Part shown: positions 1 to 11,642 of the stretch, piece by piece
Layout: each line of letters opens with the position of its first letter
How positions within the stretch are numbered: position 1 is the stretch's first letter
Translations under genes and position numbers: made by a program
Source of the DNA: Longimicrobiales bacterium
GTDB taxonomy: Bacteria > Gemmatimonadota > Gemmatimonadetes > Longimicrobiales > Gaopeijiaceae
Direction: 5' to 3'
Assembly (NCBI GenBank): GCA_965197725.1
Contig: CBDANQ010000051.1
Location: 15,150 to 79,149 of the forward strand
DNA length: 64,000 nucleotides
The notes under the pieces: generated by a model
The model's input: the letters and a program-made list of their open reading frames with translations, nothing else
The model's database searches: none
Told to the model about the DNA's origin: nothing

Positions 1-126
1 TAGCTCCGGATCACATCGTCCATGCCACAAGATAAGCTGCTTACGTTACTTCGGCAACAATGACCGTACGTTCCCGCCGGTGGATCAGGACTAGAAGACC
101 TCGCTGTCGATCACCAACGAGTGACG

Positions 127-1449
127 TCAGCCCACACCGTTCGCCGCCATCCATCGGGCGAAGTCGGCTTTGGTCGCCCTCAGAATGCCCAGCGTGGCGG
201 CCCGGTCCGTGTCCGACAGGTGGTCGAATGCCTCGCTTCGATCCTTGTTGGCGAGCACCTCCCACACGCGGCGGTACACGCACTCTTTGACGGGCCGTGG
301 AAGTGCGTCGAACGCCGCCGAGTAGATCACGTAGCTGAGCGGGTACCGGAACAATCGCTTGGTTAGATCGAGCCGGCGCAGCGAACGTCCTCGATGGTCC
401 CAGGGTCCCCTGTTCTCGAAGTGAGACCGGAAGCCGGACGTGCCAAAAATCGGGCCGCTGAGCGCGGCCTCGTCCACGAAGAGCATGGCGCGCACGAGGG
501 GCTCGGCCAGCTCCCCGACGCGGGGCGAAACCGGGTCGGCGTCCAGCGCGCCACGAGCCTCCCAACCGGCTCGTGTGATCAGGTTCTGCACGCTCATCTG
601 ATGCTCGGCGACCATCAGCGCCGCGATGTCACTGTGCGCACCGAGGTACGGTCCGGTGTCGAGCAAGTCGCCCAGATCCGTGAGGTTGCCGTTGCCCGTG
701 AGGTCGTGTCCTGCCACGTCGGCCGGGTCGCGTATGATCACGTTGCCCATGTGTTCCTGCGTGCCGTGCGTGCCCGTCACGTACCAGCCGCCCCATCGCT
801 TTCGGATCGGGGTCCGGTCGGTGGTCAACTGCCAGCTCCCGTGTGCGGCCGATCCACCGAGCGCGTTGGTCGGACCCGACCCGATCAGGAAGCGGGGCAC
901 CCCACCGCCCGTGAGGCCGTAAGTGTCGTGACACGCGAGACAGAGGCCCTCGCGACGCTGGAAGTGGGGCGTGTCGGCGCGCTGCTGCTCGAGAGTGTAG
1001 AAGACCGGCCCCAGATTCGGATCCAGGGTGGCGATCTCCAGAAGGTCACCCCCCCGCAGCCAGGCGACGTAGGCGTCGTCCGTGAAGTAGATGGCACGCG
1101 GGGTCTCCGGAGAGATTAAGTGCTCCTGAAAGCTCGTCTTCGAGAAGACGAGCATCTGTGAGGCACGGGAGATCCCGAGCTGACCAAGGACCGACGCGAG
1201 GTATCCGCTCTTGGCGTCGAAACTCAGCTCGACTTCGCCTCGCTCGATCGCGCTCTCGAGCTCTGCGATCCGATCGGTGGGAGCGCTCGTCGAGTACCCC
1301 ACCGTCGGATACTCCGCATCGTATGGGAGTTGCTGGGCCGGCAGGCCCGTAACGGAGACAAGCAGGATCAGCAGGGCGATAAGGCGTGGCACGGGCCGGC
1401 TCGGCGCAGAGGATGTCTTTCGTCTGGTCCCTTCATGGGCCTTGGTCAT
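127..1449 (-). CDS. Exported hypothetical protein with one CXXCH motif (possible c-type cytochrome domain)
   Basis: 440-aa ORF; hydrophobic N-terminal stretch LIALLILLVSVTGLPAQ; CLACH motif; blocks VFSKTSFQ, TPRAIYF, RWGGWYVTG recalled from an uncharacterised family of Planctomycetes/Acidobacteria. Confidence 0.7.
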   Translation of the reverse strand: MTKAHEGTRRKTSSAPSRPVPRLIALLILLVSVTGLPAQQLPYDAEYPTVGYSTSAPTDRIAELESAIERGEVELSFDAKSGYLASVLGQLGISRASQMLVFSKTSFQEHLISPETPRAIYFTDDAYVAWLRGGDLLEIATLDPNLGPVFYTLEQQRADTPHFQRREGLCLACHDTYGLTGGGVPRFLIGSGPTNALGGSAAHGSWQLTTDRTPIRKRWGGWYVTGTHGTQEHMGNVIIRDPADVAGHDLTGNGNLTDLGDLLDTGPYLGAHSDIAALMVAEHQMSVQNLITRAGWEARGALDADPVSPRVGELAEPLVRAMLFVDEAALSGPIFGTSGFRSHFENRGPWDHRGRSLRRLDLTKRLFRYPLSYVIYSAAFDALPRPVKECVYRRVWEVLANKDRSEAFDHLSDTDRAATLGILRATKADFARWMAANGVG

Positions 1450-1557
1450 GCCAACGCGCTCCCAACCCCCCTTAATTAGGCCAATGCCGGGTCCACTAGG
1501 GTAAGGTAGAGATGCCTAGGACGAGCGGGAAGAGGGGCGCGAAGGCCACGCCCCGAC

Positions 1558-2586
1558 CTACCGTGCCTCCCGCGTCGATAGAGTAATCGGAGCGCCGATC
1601 CCTTCGTGGTGACACGCCACGAAATGCACCTCTTGTAATCCCTCGATGACTGGCACGACGGGCTCACATGTATGGTCTTTCAGGGCGTGCGGGCAGCGCG
1701 TATGGAAAGCGCACCCAGGGGGTGGAGCGCTCGGGCTGGGTACATCCCCCGCGAGGACGATACGCTCACGATTTTCACGTCCCACCGGGTCAGGCCGGGG
1801 CACTGCGGACAGCAACGCGCGCGTGTACGGATGGCTCGGACTTCGGTAGAGATCCGCCGCCAAGGCAACCTCCACGATCTTCCCGAGATACATGACAGCG
1901 ACGCGATCACTCACGTGCTCCACGAGCGACAGATCGTGCGCAATGAATAGGTAGGTCAGCCCCAGATCGCGCTGCAGATCTGCAAGGAGATTGATGACCT
2001 GTGCCTGGACCGAAACGTCCAGCGCACTCACCGGTTCATCGAGAATGAGGAAGTCCGGCTCGACGGACAGCGCTCGTGCGATTCCGAGCCGCTGTCTTTG
2101 GCCCCCGCTGAACTCGTGCGGATATCGGTCGATGTGTTCCGAGCGCAGCCCCACGCGTTCTAAGAGCTCCACCGCGCGACCTCTGCGATTCGGGCCGCCG
2201 AGTCCGTGCACCATGAGCGCCTCCTCGAGCATGGCGCCAACCGACATCCTGGGGTTCAGAGACCCGTATGGGTCTTGAAAGACGAACTGCGCCCGGCGTC
2301 GGAGCGCCCGTAGCCCTTCCCGATCGAGCGGCCGTACGTCCTGGCCGTCGAAGTGAACCTCGCCTGCGGTCGGCTCGATTAGCCGCATGACGGCGCGGCC
2401 GGTCGTCGACTTTCCGCACCCCGACTCGCCGACCAGCCCCAGAGTCTCTCCAGGCCAGAGATCGAAGCTCACGCCATCGACCGCCTTGACCTGGCCCACG
2501 GCACGCCCCAACGTCCCGCGCCGAATGGGAAAGTACTTCTTGAGGTCACGAACGCTCAGTAGCGGAGGCCCTGATCGGTCGATCAT
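1558..2586 (-). CDS. oppF: Oligopeptide/dipeptide ABC transporter ATP-binding subunit (OppF/DppF)
   Basis: Walker [10 protein letters not shown], signature FSGGQRQR, Walker B LILDEP, C-terminal HPYT and [11 protein letters not shown] at 2586 overlaps the oppD stop (ATGA). Confidence 0.92.
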   Translation of the reverse strand: MIDRSGPPLLSVRDLKKYFPIRRGTLGRAVGQVKAVDGVSFDLWPGETLGLVGESGCGKSTTGRAVMRLIEPTAGEVHFDGQDVRPLDREGLRALRRRAQFVFQDPYGSLNPRMSVGAMLEEALMVHGLGGPNRRGRAVELLERVGLRSEHIDRYPHEFSGGQRQRLGIARALSVEPDFLILDEPVSALDVSVQAQVINLLADLQRDLGLTYLFIAHDLSLVEHVSDRVAVMYLGKIVEVALAADLYRSPSHPYTRALLSAVPRPDPVGRENRERIVLAGDVPSPSAPPPGCAFHTRCPHALKDHTCEPVVPVIEGLQEVHFVACHHEGIGAPITLSTREAR

Positions 2587-3557
2587 GTCCGCGCCCTCCA
2601 GCAGCGAGCGAAGCGGCCATCTCCTCCAGCAGACTCCAGCTCTTGGGCAACGCCGCAGCGATCGGCAGCAACGGAACACCGCTCCTGAAAGCGACAGCCG
2701 ACCGGCCAGTCGGTCGGGTTCGGGACCGTGCCTCGAATCGAAGTAAGCCTCAGGCCCGGGTTGTCCACTGAGGGCAAGGAGTCGAGGAGGCCTTTCGTAT
2801 AGGGGTGTTTCGGATCGGCGAAGATCTCATACACGTCGCCCGTTTCCACGGCTTGTCCCGCGTACATGACGACGACCCGATCGCAGACCTCAGCCACGAC
2901 TCCGAGGTCGTGTGTAATGAGCAGAACCGCCATTCCGTGCCGACGGCGGAGGTCCCCGAGAAGCTCGATAATCTGCGCCTGGATCGTTACGTCCAGCGCT
3001 GTCGTCGGTTCGTCGGCGATCAGCAGCTTCGGCTCACATGATAGGGCCATCGCGATCATGACCCGCTGGCGCATACCTCCCGACAGTTGATGCGGGTACT
3101 CGTCGACACGCCGCTCAGGCTCCGGAATGCCGACCTCGGCGAGCAGTCGGATCGTTTCGGTGCGGGCCCCCTTGCGGCGCATTCCTCGATGCAGGCGCAG
3201 AGCCTCCGAGATCTGACTGCCCACGGAGTACACCGGGTTGAGCGAGCTCATCGGTTCCTGGAAAATCATCGAGATCTCGTTGCCACGGAGCGCACGCATG
3301 CGGCGTACACTGGATCCGATCAGCTCCTGATCCGCGAAGCGGATGGAGCTGCCGTCCTCGATCTTCGCCGGTGGCTGCGGCAGCAGCCCGAGAATCGAGA
3401 GCGAGGTGACCGTCTTCCCACACCCCGACTCACCCACGATCCCCAACGTCTCACCGGCGCGGACGTCGAACGACACTCCGTCCACCGCCTTGGCGATCCC
3501 CTGGTCCGTATAAAACCACGTCCGTAAATCTCGGACCGACAGTAGCGGCACGCTCAC
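2583..3557 (-). CDS. oppD: Oligopeptide/dipeptide ABC transporter ATP-binding subunit (OppD/DppD)
   Basis: [47 protein letters not shown]. Confidence 0.93.
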   Translation of the reverse strand: MSVPLLSVRDLRTWFYTDQGIAKAVDGVSFDVRAGETLGIVGESGCGKTVTSLSILGLLPQPPAKIEDGSSIRFADQELIGSSVRRMRALRGNEISMIFQEPMSSLNPVYSVGSQISEALRLHRGMRRKGARTETIRLLAEVGIPEPERRVDEYPHQLSGGMRQRVMIAMALSCEPKLLIADEPTTALDVTIQAQIIELLGDLRRRHGMAVLLITHDLGVVAEVCDRVVVMYAGQAVETGDVYEIFADPKHPYTKGLLDSLPSVDNPGLRLTSIRGTVPNPTDWPVGCRFQERCSVAADRCGVAQELESAGGDGRFARCWRART

Positions 3558-4454
3558 GTTCTCAGCCTCGGATCGAGGGCGTCCCGTAAGCCATCACCCA
3601 CGAGGTTGAAAGAGAGCACCGTGAAGACGATGGCGAGGCCCGGAAACGTCGAGAGCCACCATGCGTCGAGAAGATAGGCACGACCATCAGCAACCATCGT
3701 ACCCCACGAAGGTGTCGGCGGCTGGACACCCAGTCCAAGAAAGGATAGCCCCGCCTCGAGCACGATCGTATTCCCGATCCCGAGCGTGGCGGCAACGCAC
3801 GGGTGTCAACACGTTCGGGATCAGGTGTCGGAGAATGATCCGACGCTTCGGATAGCCCAACGCCTGAGCTGCCTGCACGAACTCTCGCTCCCTCAGGCTC
3901 AACACTTCACCCCGCACGATACGAGCGGTGCTGGGCCACAGCGTAAGGCCGAGTACCGCCACGATCAGAAAAATCGAAGGCTCGAAGATCGCAACGATCG
4001 TGATCAGCAAGACCAGTCGAGGAAACGAGATCACCATGTCTACGAAGCGCATGATGACGCCGTCCACGATCCCGCCCATGAAGCCCGCGATCGCCCCTAG
4101 TAGTGTCCCGATCGTCACGCTGATCCCGACCGCCAAGAATCCGATCGTCAAGGAGATGCGAGCGCCGAAGAGCAGGCGAGAGAAAACGTCGCGGGCGAAC
4201 TGATCGGTTCCCAGCGGATGAGTCGCCGACATGCCCACGAGCCGCATACTGACGAGATCGTACTGGACACCGGGGTCGTGCGGCGCAATAAGCGGGGTCA
4301 TGAGCGCAATCATGTACAGTGCGACAATCAAGATCAGCCCCGCTACCGCGGTCCGGTTCTTCGAGAACGCGCGCACCGCCAAATCCCACTTGGCTGACTC
4401 CCACGACCTTCAACTCCTGCGAGCGTCCCACGTCACGCCACGACCACACCCAAC
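3554..4454 (-). pseudogene. oppC: Duplicated, 5'-truncated and frameshifted copy of oppC
   Basis: Same permease sequence and same frameshifts as 4785-5685; lacks the N-terminal part encoded at 5686-5908. Confidence 0.85.
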
Positions 4455-4788
4455 CGGAGTACACCGGGTTGAGCGAGCTCATCGGTTCCTGGAAAATCAT
4501 CGAGATCTCGTTGCCACGGAGCGCACGTATGCGGCGTACACTGGATCCGATCAGCTCCTGATCCGCGAAGCGGATGGAGCTGCCGTCCTCGATCTTCGCC
4601 GGTGGCTGCGGCAGCAGCCCGAGAATCGAGAGCGAGGTGACCGTCTTCCCACACCCCGACTCACCCACGATCCCCAACGTCTCACCGGCGCGGACGTCGA
4701 ACGACACTCCGTCCACCGCCTTGGCGATCCCCTGGTCCGTATAAAACCACGTCCGTAAATCTCGGACCGACAGTAGCGGCACGCTCAC
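4455..4788 (-). pseudogene. oppD: Duplicated 5' third of oppD, fused to oppC sequence at the repeat junction
   Basis: [11 protein letters not shown]...SLNPVYS matches 3224-3557 except one M/I change, then switches to oppC sequence (WVWSWRD) at 4454. Confidence 0.88.
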
Positions 4789-5908
4789 GTTCTCAGCCTC
4801 GGATCGAGGGCGTCCCGTAAGCCATCACCCACGAGGTTGAAAGAGAGCACCGTGAAGACGATGGCGAGGCCCGGAAACGTCGAGAGCCACCATGCGTCGA
4901 GAAGATAGGCACGACCATCAGCAACCATCGTACCCCACGAAGGTGTCGGCGGCTGGACACCCAGTCCAAGAAAGGATAGCCCCGCCTCGAGCACGATCGT
5001 ATTCCCGATCCCGAGCGTGGCGGCAACGCACGGGTGTCAACACGTTCGGGATCAGGTGTCGGAGAATGATCCGACGCTTCGGATAGCCCAACGCCTGAGC
5101 TGCCTGCACGAACTCTCGCTCCCTCAGGCTCAACACTTCACCCCGCACGATACGAGCGGTGCTGGGCCACAGCGTAAGGCCGAGTACCGCCACGATCAGA
5201 AAAATCGAAGGCTCGAAGATCGCAACGATCGTGATCAGCAAGACCAGTCGAGGAAACGAGATCACCATGTCTACGAAGCGCATGATGACGCCGTCCACGA
5301 TCCCGCCCATGAAGCCCGCGATCGCCCCTAGTAGTGTCCCGATCGTCACGCTGATCCCGACCGCCAAGAATCCGATCGTCAAGGAGATGCGAGCGCCGAA
5401 GAGCAGGCGAGAAAAAACGTCGCGGGCGAACTGATCGGTTCCCAGCGGATGAGTCGCCGACATGCCCACGAGCCGCATACTGACGAGATCGTACTGGACA
5501 CCGGGGTCGTGCGGCGCAATAAGCGGGGTCATGAGCGCAATCATGTACAGTGCGACAATCAAGATCAGCCCCGCTACCGCGGTCCGGTTCTTCGAGAACG
5601 CGCGCACCGCCAAATCCCACTTGGCTGACTCCCACGACCTTCAACTCCTGCGAGCGTCCCACGTCACGCCACGACCACACCCAACTCGCCAACAGCCCCG
5701 ATGCCCCCGTGGCGACCGCCAACTGTTCGTCCCACGCCCCCACGGTGGCGGCCAGAAGTTCGCCGAAGCGGGTGACGGCGATCCACAGCATGCCGATCCA
5801 TGTGAGCAGCGCCATGGTGCCGACACCCCATCGCCCATCGAGGAGCTGAGGCCCTCCGGGTAGCACTGCGGAGAGTGCGCGCCCACGCACCGATCGCGTC
5901 TCACTCAT
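4785..5908 (-). CDS. oppC: Peptide ABC transporter permease OppC/DppC with an N-terminal TM extension; two frameshifts (about 5621 and 5030)
   Basis: [27 protein letters not shown]-like loop [10 protein letters not shown], and [10 protein letters not shown]...WG...[10 protein letters not shown] lie in three successive frames. Confidence 0.85.
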
Positions 5909-6887
5909 AACGTATGCGCGGATCGATGACGGCGTAAAGAACGTCGGCTACCAGATTCGCGAAAACGACGATCGTGGCAAAAAAGAACGTGCCCGCCATC
6001 ACGAGCGGATAGTCCCGTGCGAAGATCGCGTCGACCAGTATACGACCCATGCCCGGCCATGCGAAAACGACCTCGATGAACACCGTGCCGCTGAAGAGCA
6101 CCGGGATGTACAAACCGATGAGCGTGATGATCGGGATCACCGCATTTCGGAGCGCGTGCTTGAAGACGACGACACGCTCAGGGAGGCCCTTCGCGTGCGC
6201 GGTCCGCACGAAGTCCTGGCGAACGACCTCGAGCATACTACCCCGCATGTAGCGTGCGATGCCCGCCATGAGCACGAGAGCTAGCGACAGCGTGGGAAGA
6301 ACGAGGTGCATCAAGCGGTCCTTGAAACGCGCCCCTGCCGAAAGAAAATCGTAGTCCACCCCCATCATGCCCGACGCCGGAAACCAGATCGGAAGATCCC
6401 ACACGTTGCGCGCGAAAACGCTCATGGAGAGAATCAGCATGAGCGCGAGCCAAAACGACGGCATCGAGTAAAAGAAGAGGAGCACAACGCTCAGCCCCGC
6501 ATCGGTCAAAGAGTACTGTCGGACCGCCTGAACAGTCCCCAGCACGACCCCCCCGGCGAACGCGACGAGCAGTGCAGACAGAGACAGAAGCAGCGTATTC
6601 GGGAAGAAATCCATGAGCACGGCGAGGACCGGCCGCGAGTGCGAAAACGAATACCCGAAGTCTCCGGTGAGCATGGCGCCGAGCCATTTTGCATAGCGAA
6701 TGTGGATCGGCTGATCTAGTCCGAAATTCACCCGCATTTGCTCGACGACTTCCTGCGACATGCCAGGGGACAACAACAACAGTGTGGGATCGCCCGGCGC
6801 GAGGTTCACCAGGAAGAAGATGATCGTCGAGATCCCCAGAACGAGCGGGACCGCACCGACCAAGCGGCGAATAAGGTACTTCGTCAC
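5901..6887 (-). CDS. oppB: Peptide ABC transporter permease OppB/DppB
   Basis: YLIRRL, LAPGDP, GDFGYS, DFVRTAHAKGL, FAWPGMG, RDYP, DPRIRY. GTG start at 6887 inferred. Confidence 0.92.
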   Translation of the reverse strand: MTKYLIRRLVGAVPLVLGISTIIFFLVNLAPGDPTLLLLSPGMSQEVVEQMRVNFGLDQPIHIRYAKWLGAMLTGDFGYSFSHSRPVLAVLMDFFPNTLLLSLSALLVAFAGGVVLGTVQAVRQYSLTDAGLSVVLLFFYSMPSFWLALMLILSMSVFARNVWDLPIWFPASGMMGVDYDFLSAGARFKDRLMHLVLPTLSLALVLMAGIARYMRGSMLEVVRQDFVRTAHAKGLPERVVVFKHALRNAVIPIITLIGLYIPVLFSGTVFIEVVFAWPGMGRILVDAIFARDYPLVMAGTFFFATIVVFANLVADVLYAVIDPRIRYE

Positions 6888-6913
6888 GCCGGTAGCTCTT
6901 TGGTCTCCGTTGC

Positions 6914-8621
6914 TCAGCGGCTCGCTGGGTCGATGTACCACGAGCGGATGTTCAACCAGTCCCCACGCGCGTCCATCTTCACGTTCTTCACCCGGCGGTT
7001 CACGCCGTCGAGTCGGTCGGGAAAGTAGAAGAACGTGTACGGCTGCTCCTCCATCAGCACCTGCTGATATTCGGCCCACAGGGCGATCGCTTCATCCCGG
7101 TCGACCACCAGGCTGAGCGCTTCGAGGAGACGATCGATTTCGGGGTTCCTCGTCCCCGACCACGCGAACGGCTGATCGATGCGCTCAGAGTGGAAGAGAT
7201 CCATGTCGTCCAGCTTGAACTCGACGACCCATCCCATGACGACGCCGTCGAAGTCGCGCAGCTCCGGGGTGTTGATCTGCTGTAGGAGGGTCGCCCACTC
7301 GACCACCTGCGGCTGTACCGCAATCCCTATATCCGCGAGCTGCGCCTGCATGATCTCCGCGATATCCTGACGCGCCTGGTTCCCCGTGTTGTACTTCACG
7401 GAGAAGGACAGCGGTAGACCGTCCACGTTCTCGCGGACGCCATCGCCGTCACGGTCCGTCCATCCCGCTTCCTCGAGAAGAGCCTTCGCGCCCTCGGGAT
7501 CGTAATCGATGGACTTCGCGACATCCGCGTCGTACGCCCAATGGAAGGGCGGCACACTGGAGTTCGCCACGATTCCGTAACCCTGCTGGATCGCCTGTAC
7601 GATGCCTTCTCGATCCGTTCCCATTGTGATCGCCCGCCGTACCCGCGCATCGGCAAGCTGTGGCCTTCGCGCATTCCAACCCACGAGGACGTAGTTGCGG
7701 AAGGAATACCGCCTCAGCGCGAGATCCGGGGCATCGATGATCCGTCCGGCCTGATCGGGCCGAGGTCCGATGTAGATATCGACGCTCTCGGTTAGCAGAT
7801 CAGCGAGCAGCGTCGTCTGCTCTGGGATGACCCGGAAGATGTATCGATCCAGAAACGGACGGCCGCCCAGCCCCGCTGGAAACGCCGGATTCGACTCGAA
7901 CACCCATCGGTCCTGCGCGTTGTGCGAGGCGAATACGAAAGGCCCATTCCCGACCGGGCACTGACTCCCATACGGGTGCTGCTTGAGCCGCTCCGGAGGC
8001 ACGTCGCCGAGAAGGTGCTCCGGCAAGATTCCGAGCGACCGGAACGGATCGAGGAGCTCGGCGTGCGGCTCCATCCGGATGCGTACGGTGAAGTCGTCGA
8101 TGACCTTCGATACCCGCGGGTCCCTTCACGTAGTGATCCCAAAACACCGCATTCGGGAAGGCCGTGAGTGGATTCGTAACCGTGACGTACGTGAACGCCA
8201 CGTCGTGCGCGTCGGTCTGCTCACCATCGTGCCAGCGGACGTCACGGCGAATGTGAAAGGTGACCGAAGTGTTGTCTTCGTCGATGTCCCACGACTCGGC
8301 GAGGTAGGGGCGCGGAGTTCCAGCCTCGTCGTAGTCGAGGAGCGTCATCAGGTTCACGAATTGATGATGCTGGGCCGACGTGTACCCCGACGAGACAGCC
8401 GAATTCATTCCGTCGGCCAGCTCGCCGATTCCGCCGACGACCACCGTGCCGCCGTAACGTGGATCATCAGGGGTGGCGTTCTCCGAGCGTGCCCGGGCCA
8501 TGCAGGCATCGACCGCCGGTATCACCGCCTGGCAAAACGGGTCGTTCGACACGACCGCTCCGTCCCCGCCACCGCACGCCGCCAGTACCGCTAGCGCCCC
8601 GAATGCCAAGAGCCTTCTCAT
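6914..8621 (-). CDS. oppA: Peptide ABC transporter substrate-binding lipoprotein (family 5); one +1 frameshift near 8106
   Basis: Lipobox LAAC; PYLAESW and VRWHDG in one frame, then VIDDFTV, PVGNGPF, DARVRRAI, LLEEAGW in the next. Removing one base from GAAGGTC restores the frame. Confidence 0.88.
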
Positions 8622-8837
8622 CGATTTCCCCCCTGTGTGTACGCCTTTCGTCACCAGGTCCATGGATCCTGCTGCGTAATGACCGTGGGACCCACTCTGT
8701 AGTTCCGCCAGGCGCGGCTGATCTCCCGTGAGAAGAATCGACCCGTGTCGCAACAGCGCCCCAGCGACGCGAGCCTGGGCAGCGCCCCGTCACGGATCAC
8801 ACGCTACGACAACGTCAAACCCAGAACTCGTACGTGG

Positions 8838-8936
8838 AGTGTCGCCTGCGTGACGGAAGCGCTGCCCACCGTTGAGGTCGATGAGAAATCCCGCCGGCAA
8901 CGTCGTAAAGGACTCCGCGCCCGGAAGCTCGACCAT
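8838..8936 (-). pseudogene. Short remnant resembling an MBL-fold metal-dependent hydrolase
   Basis: Manual translation gives PAGFLIDLNGGQRFRHAGDT, resembling the PxGF...YHAGDT block; the rest of the gene is absent. Confidence 0.5.
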
Positions 8937-9289
8937 GCCCCCAAGCGGGGCCGGCGTCCTCTTCACGCACCCGAACGGATCGTGAACGCCACAGCGGAAT
9001 CAGATCCGCGACGTGGTCATGGCAGATGAGTACCCCCAGTCACGGAATACCGGTCCGCCGCTATCTCCTCCGCCGCTGGCGTAGTCCGCCGGGGCCGGAC
9101 CCCTCCTGGAGGGGATCCGGCGGCTGACGGGGTTTTCGGCACCCACAGGCGATGCGCGAGGACGGAGGGCCGGGGACAACCCTCATCGAAGCTGCGCGCC
9201 CAGGCCCGAGCCCCTACTTTATGGGTTCGCCGTAACCGAAGAGCCACGGGGTGAGCGTGGCCCACACTCTTTTAGAGGGGGGGGTAGCG

Positions 9290-10408
9290 ATGTCGATCAA
9301 GAAGACCTTCAACCTGGTGGCGGTCGGGCTCGTGGCTGGTGGACTCGTGGCCGGCACCGGCGACGTGGAGCGTACGCTGGTCTCCACGCTGACGGATGTC
9401 TCGCCAACGCCCGCATCGGTGGGCGCCCTGGCCTTCGGCCCAGAGAACATCCTCTTCGTGGGTGATACCAAGGGAGGCGCGATCTACGCCATGGACGTGG
9501 CCGACATGGCGCACGGCGACGGGGGAGCGGTCGAGCTCGACGGCCTCGACCGGAAAATCGCCAGCATGCTCGGGATCGCCGTGGAAGATCTCCTTATCTC
9601 CGACATGGCCGTGCATCCGAACGCGCAGACCGCCTACCTGTCCGTGATGCGAGGACGAGGGGAGGGTGCGACGCCCGTTCTCATGCGGGTCTCCGGAGAC
9701 GGTACCATTCAGGAGGTGTCCTTCGACGGCATGCGCTATTCGGCCATGGAGCTAGATAACGCGCCCGGCCCGGATCAACGCTACGGCCAAGGCGCCTCCG
9801 CGCTGACGTACTCCATCACGGATCTGGCTTTCGTCGATGGTGAGGTCTTTGTCGCGGGACTGTCGAACGAGGAGTTCGCGTCCAACGTGCGCCGTCTTCC
9901 GTTCCCGTTCACGGGTGAGCATCTGTCCACCAGCCTAGAGATCTATCACGTCTCCCACGGCCAGAACGAGACCCACGCTCCGGTCATGACATTCATGGCA
10001 AGGGAGATCGAGAGCCGTACGCACATCCTGGCAGCGTACACATGCACGCCCCTGGTGCAGTTCTCCGCCGATAACCTGTCGGACGGCGAACACGTGATCG
10101 GAAAGACCATCGCCGAGCTGGGCGCCGGGAACCGGCCTCTGGACATGATCTCCTACGCGGTGAACGGGCAGGAGCGCATCCTGATCTCCAACAGCCGCCA
10201 CCCGCTCATAAAGATCGATCCGGGCCACATTCCCGTCGCGACGAGCCTGGTAGATCCCACTCAGGAGACGGGCATTGGCTTCGAGACCATTCACGAGCCG
10301 GGTATCCGCCAGATGGACAACCTGAACGAGGACTACGTGCTCATTCTCCAGCAGGAAGGCCAGGACGGGCCCATGAACCTCAGGTCCTTGAACAAGGCCG
10401 CTCTCTAG
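9290..10408 (+). CDS. Exported hypothetical protein (possibly beta-propeller-like)
   Basis: ATG at 9290 after a G-rich RBS; signal-like N-terminus; blocks ALAFGPENILFVGD, VAGLSNEEF, EIYHVSHG, AAYTCTPLV, ELGAGNRPLDM. Confidence 0.75.
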   Translation: MSIKKTFNLVAVGLVAGGLVAGTGDVERTLVSTLTDVSPTPASVGALAFGPENILFVGDTKGGAIYAMDVADMAHGDGGAVELDGLDRKIASMLGIAVEDLLISDMAVHPNAQTAYLSVMRGRGEGATPVLMRVSGDGTIQEVSFDGMRYSAMELDNAPGPDQRYGQGASALTYSITDLAFVDGEVFVAGLSNEEFASNVRRLPFPFTGEHLSTSLEIYHVSHGQNETHAPVMTFMAREIESRTHILAAYTCTPLVQFSADNLSDGEHVIGKTIAELGAGNRPLDMISYAVNGQERILISNSRHPLIKIDPGHIPVATSLVDPTQETGIGFETIHEPGIRQMDNLNEDYVLILQQEGQDGPMNLRSLNKAAL

Positions 10409-10424
10409 ACGAGAGATCGGCCCG

Positions 10425-11642
10425 ATGGGGTCCTGGAAGAGCAGGCGGTGGGCCGGGGCGCTGCTCGCCCTGGCCGTCGCCTTCTTCGTATGGCGCGGCA
10501 TCGGCGTCCTAGTGCCCAGCCTCGACCGGAGCCGGGTCGACGGCAGCGATGACGCAGGGCCGCCACGAATCGAGCTCGGGGAGGAGGGCGCCGCCGTGGT
10601 CGTTCTCGGGTTGGAATCGACCCTGATCGACGCCCTGAACCGCTCGGCCCCTTCGAGTGAGGGCTGGCAGTCGCTTTTTCCCATCCGGATCGCATCAGAC
10701 GCCGACAGCGATCTTCCGATGATGCTCGGGGAGTACGCGGTGGAGGAAGACCGGGTGGTTTTCCGCCCTCGCTTCGCGCTGGCCCCCGGCACGCCGTACA
10801 CGGCACGCTTCGATCCCGGCGACCTTCTAGGAGCCGCGAGCTTCGCAGAGCTGGAGGCGGAACTCTCGGTTCCAATGGACGCCTCGGCACCGCCCACACG
10901 CGTCGTGCAGATCTACCCCACGGCGTCCATGGTGCCCATGAACCTGCTCAAGATGTACGTGCACTTTTCGGCACCGATGCGCTTCGGCGAGGCGTACCAG
11001 CACATCCACCTCCGTACCTCCGCTGGCGAGGTGGTCCCCGACGCCATCCTGGAGGTGCTGGAAGAGCTGTGGGACCCGGAGCGGCGCAGGCTGACGCTCC
11101 TGTTCGACCCAGGCCGTATCAAGCGGGACCTGGAACCCAACCTCACGCTCGGGCTCCCGCTAAGGGACGGCGAGAGCTACGTGCTGGAGATCGACGAGGG
11201 GTGGCGGGACGGATCAGGGAGGCCGCTTGCCGAGGGATTCTCCAAGGCGTTCTCCGTGGGAGCGGCAGACCGTGCGTCTCCGGACACCGACACGTGGACG
11301 GTCGGCGCACCGGCAGCCGGCTCGCGGGACCCGCTCGAGATCGTCTTTCCGGAGCCGATGGACCGCGCCCTGCTCGATCGTCTCATCACGGTGTTGACGG
11401 ACCGGGGAGAGCGAGTCGAGGGCCGTATCGAGGTGACGGACCACGAGACCGTCTGGCGGCTCACCCTCGACCGCCCATGGGACGCTGGGAGCTACGTCAT
11501 CGACGTCCACGCCGACCTGGAGGACCTGGCCGGAAACAACCTGGCTCACCTCTTCGACGTGGACTTGAGCCGGGACGTGCGTCTCAGCGAGGTCGAAGCC
11601 CGCGCGCGCCTTCCGTTCGAGGTGAGACGGGCTGAACGCTGA
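10425..11642 (+). CDS. Membrane-anchored hypothetical protein with Ig-like (Big_5-type) segments
   Basis: N-terminal TM; FRPRFALAPGTPY, PMNLLKMYVHFSAPM, LFDPGRIKR, FPEPMDRALL, LEDLAGN; starts 16 bp after the previous stop. Confidence 0.72.
   Translation: MGSWKSRRWAGALLALAVAFFVWRGIGVLVPSLDRSRVDGSDDAGPPRIELGEEGAAVVVLGLESTLIDALNRSAPSSEGWQSLFPIRIASDADSDLPMMLGEYAVEEDRVVFRPRFALAPGTPYTARFDPGDLLGAASFAELEAELSVPMDASAPPTRVVQIYPTASMVPMNLLKMYVHFSAPMRFGEAYQHIHLRTSAGEVVPDAILEVLEELWDPERRRLTLLFDPGRIKRDLEPNLTLGLPLRDGESYVLEIDEGWRDGSGRPLAEGFSKAFSVGAADRASPDTDTWTVGAPAAGSRDPLEIVFPEPMDRALLDRLITVLTDRGERVEGRIEVTDHETVWRLTLDRPWDAGSYVIDVHADLEDLAGNNLAHLFDVDLSRDVRLSEVEARARLPFEVRRAER

Larger units (their letters stand above)
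3224..5685. repeat. 1231-bp direct tandem duplication (3224-4454 and 4455-5685)
   Basis: Identical ORFs recur at an offset of 1231 (3554/4785, 3687/4918). Two differences were noticed: C3297/T4528 and G4182/A5413. Confidence 0.95.
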
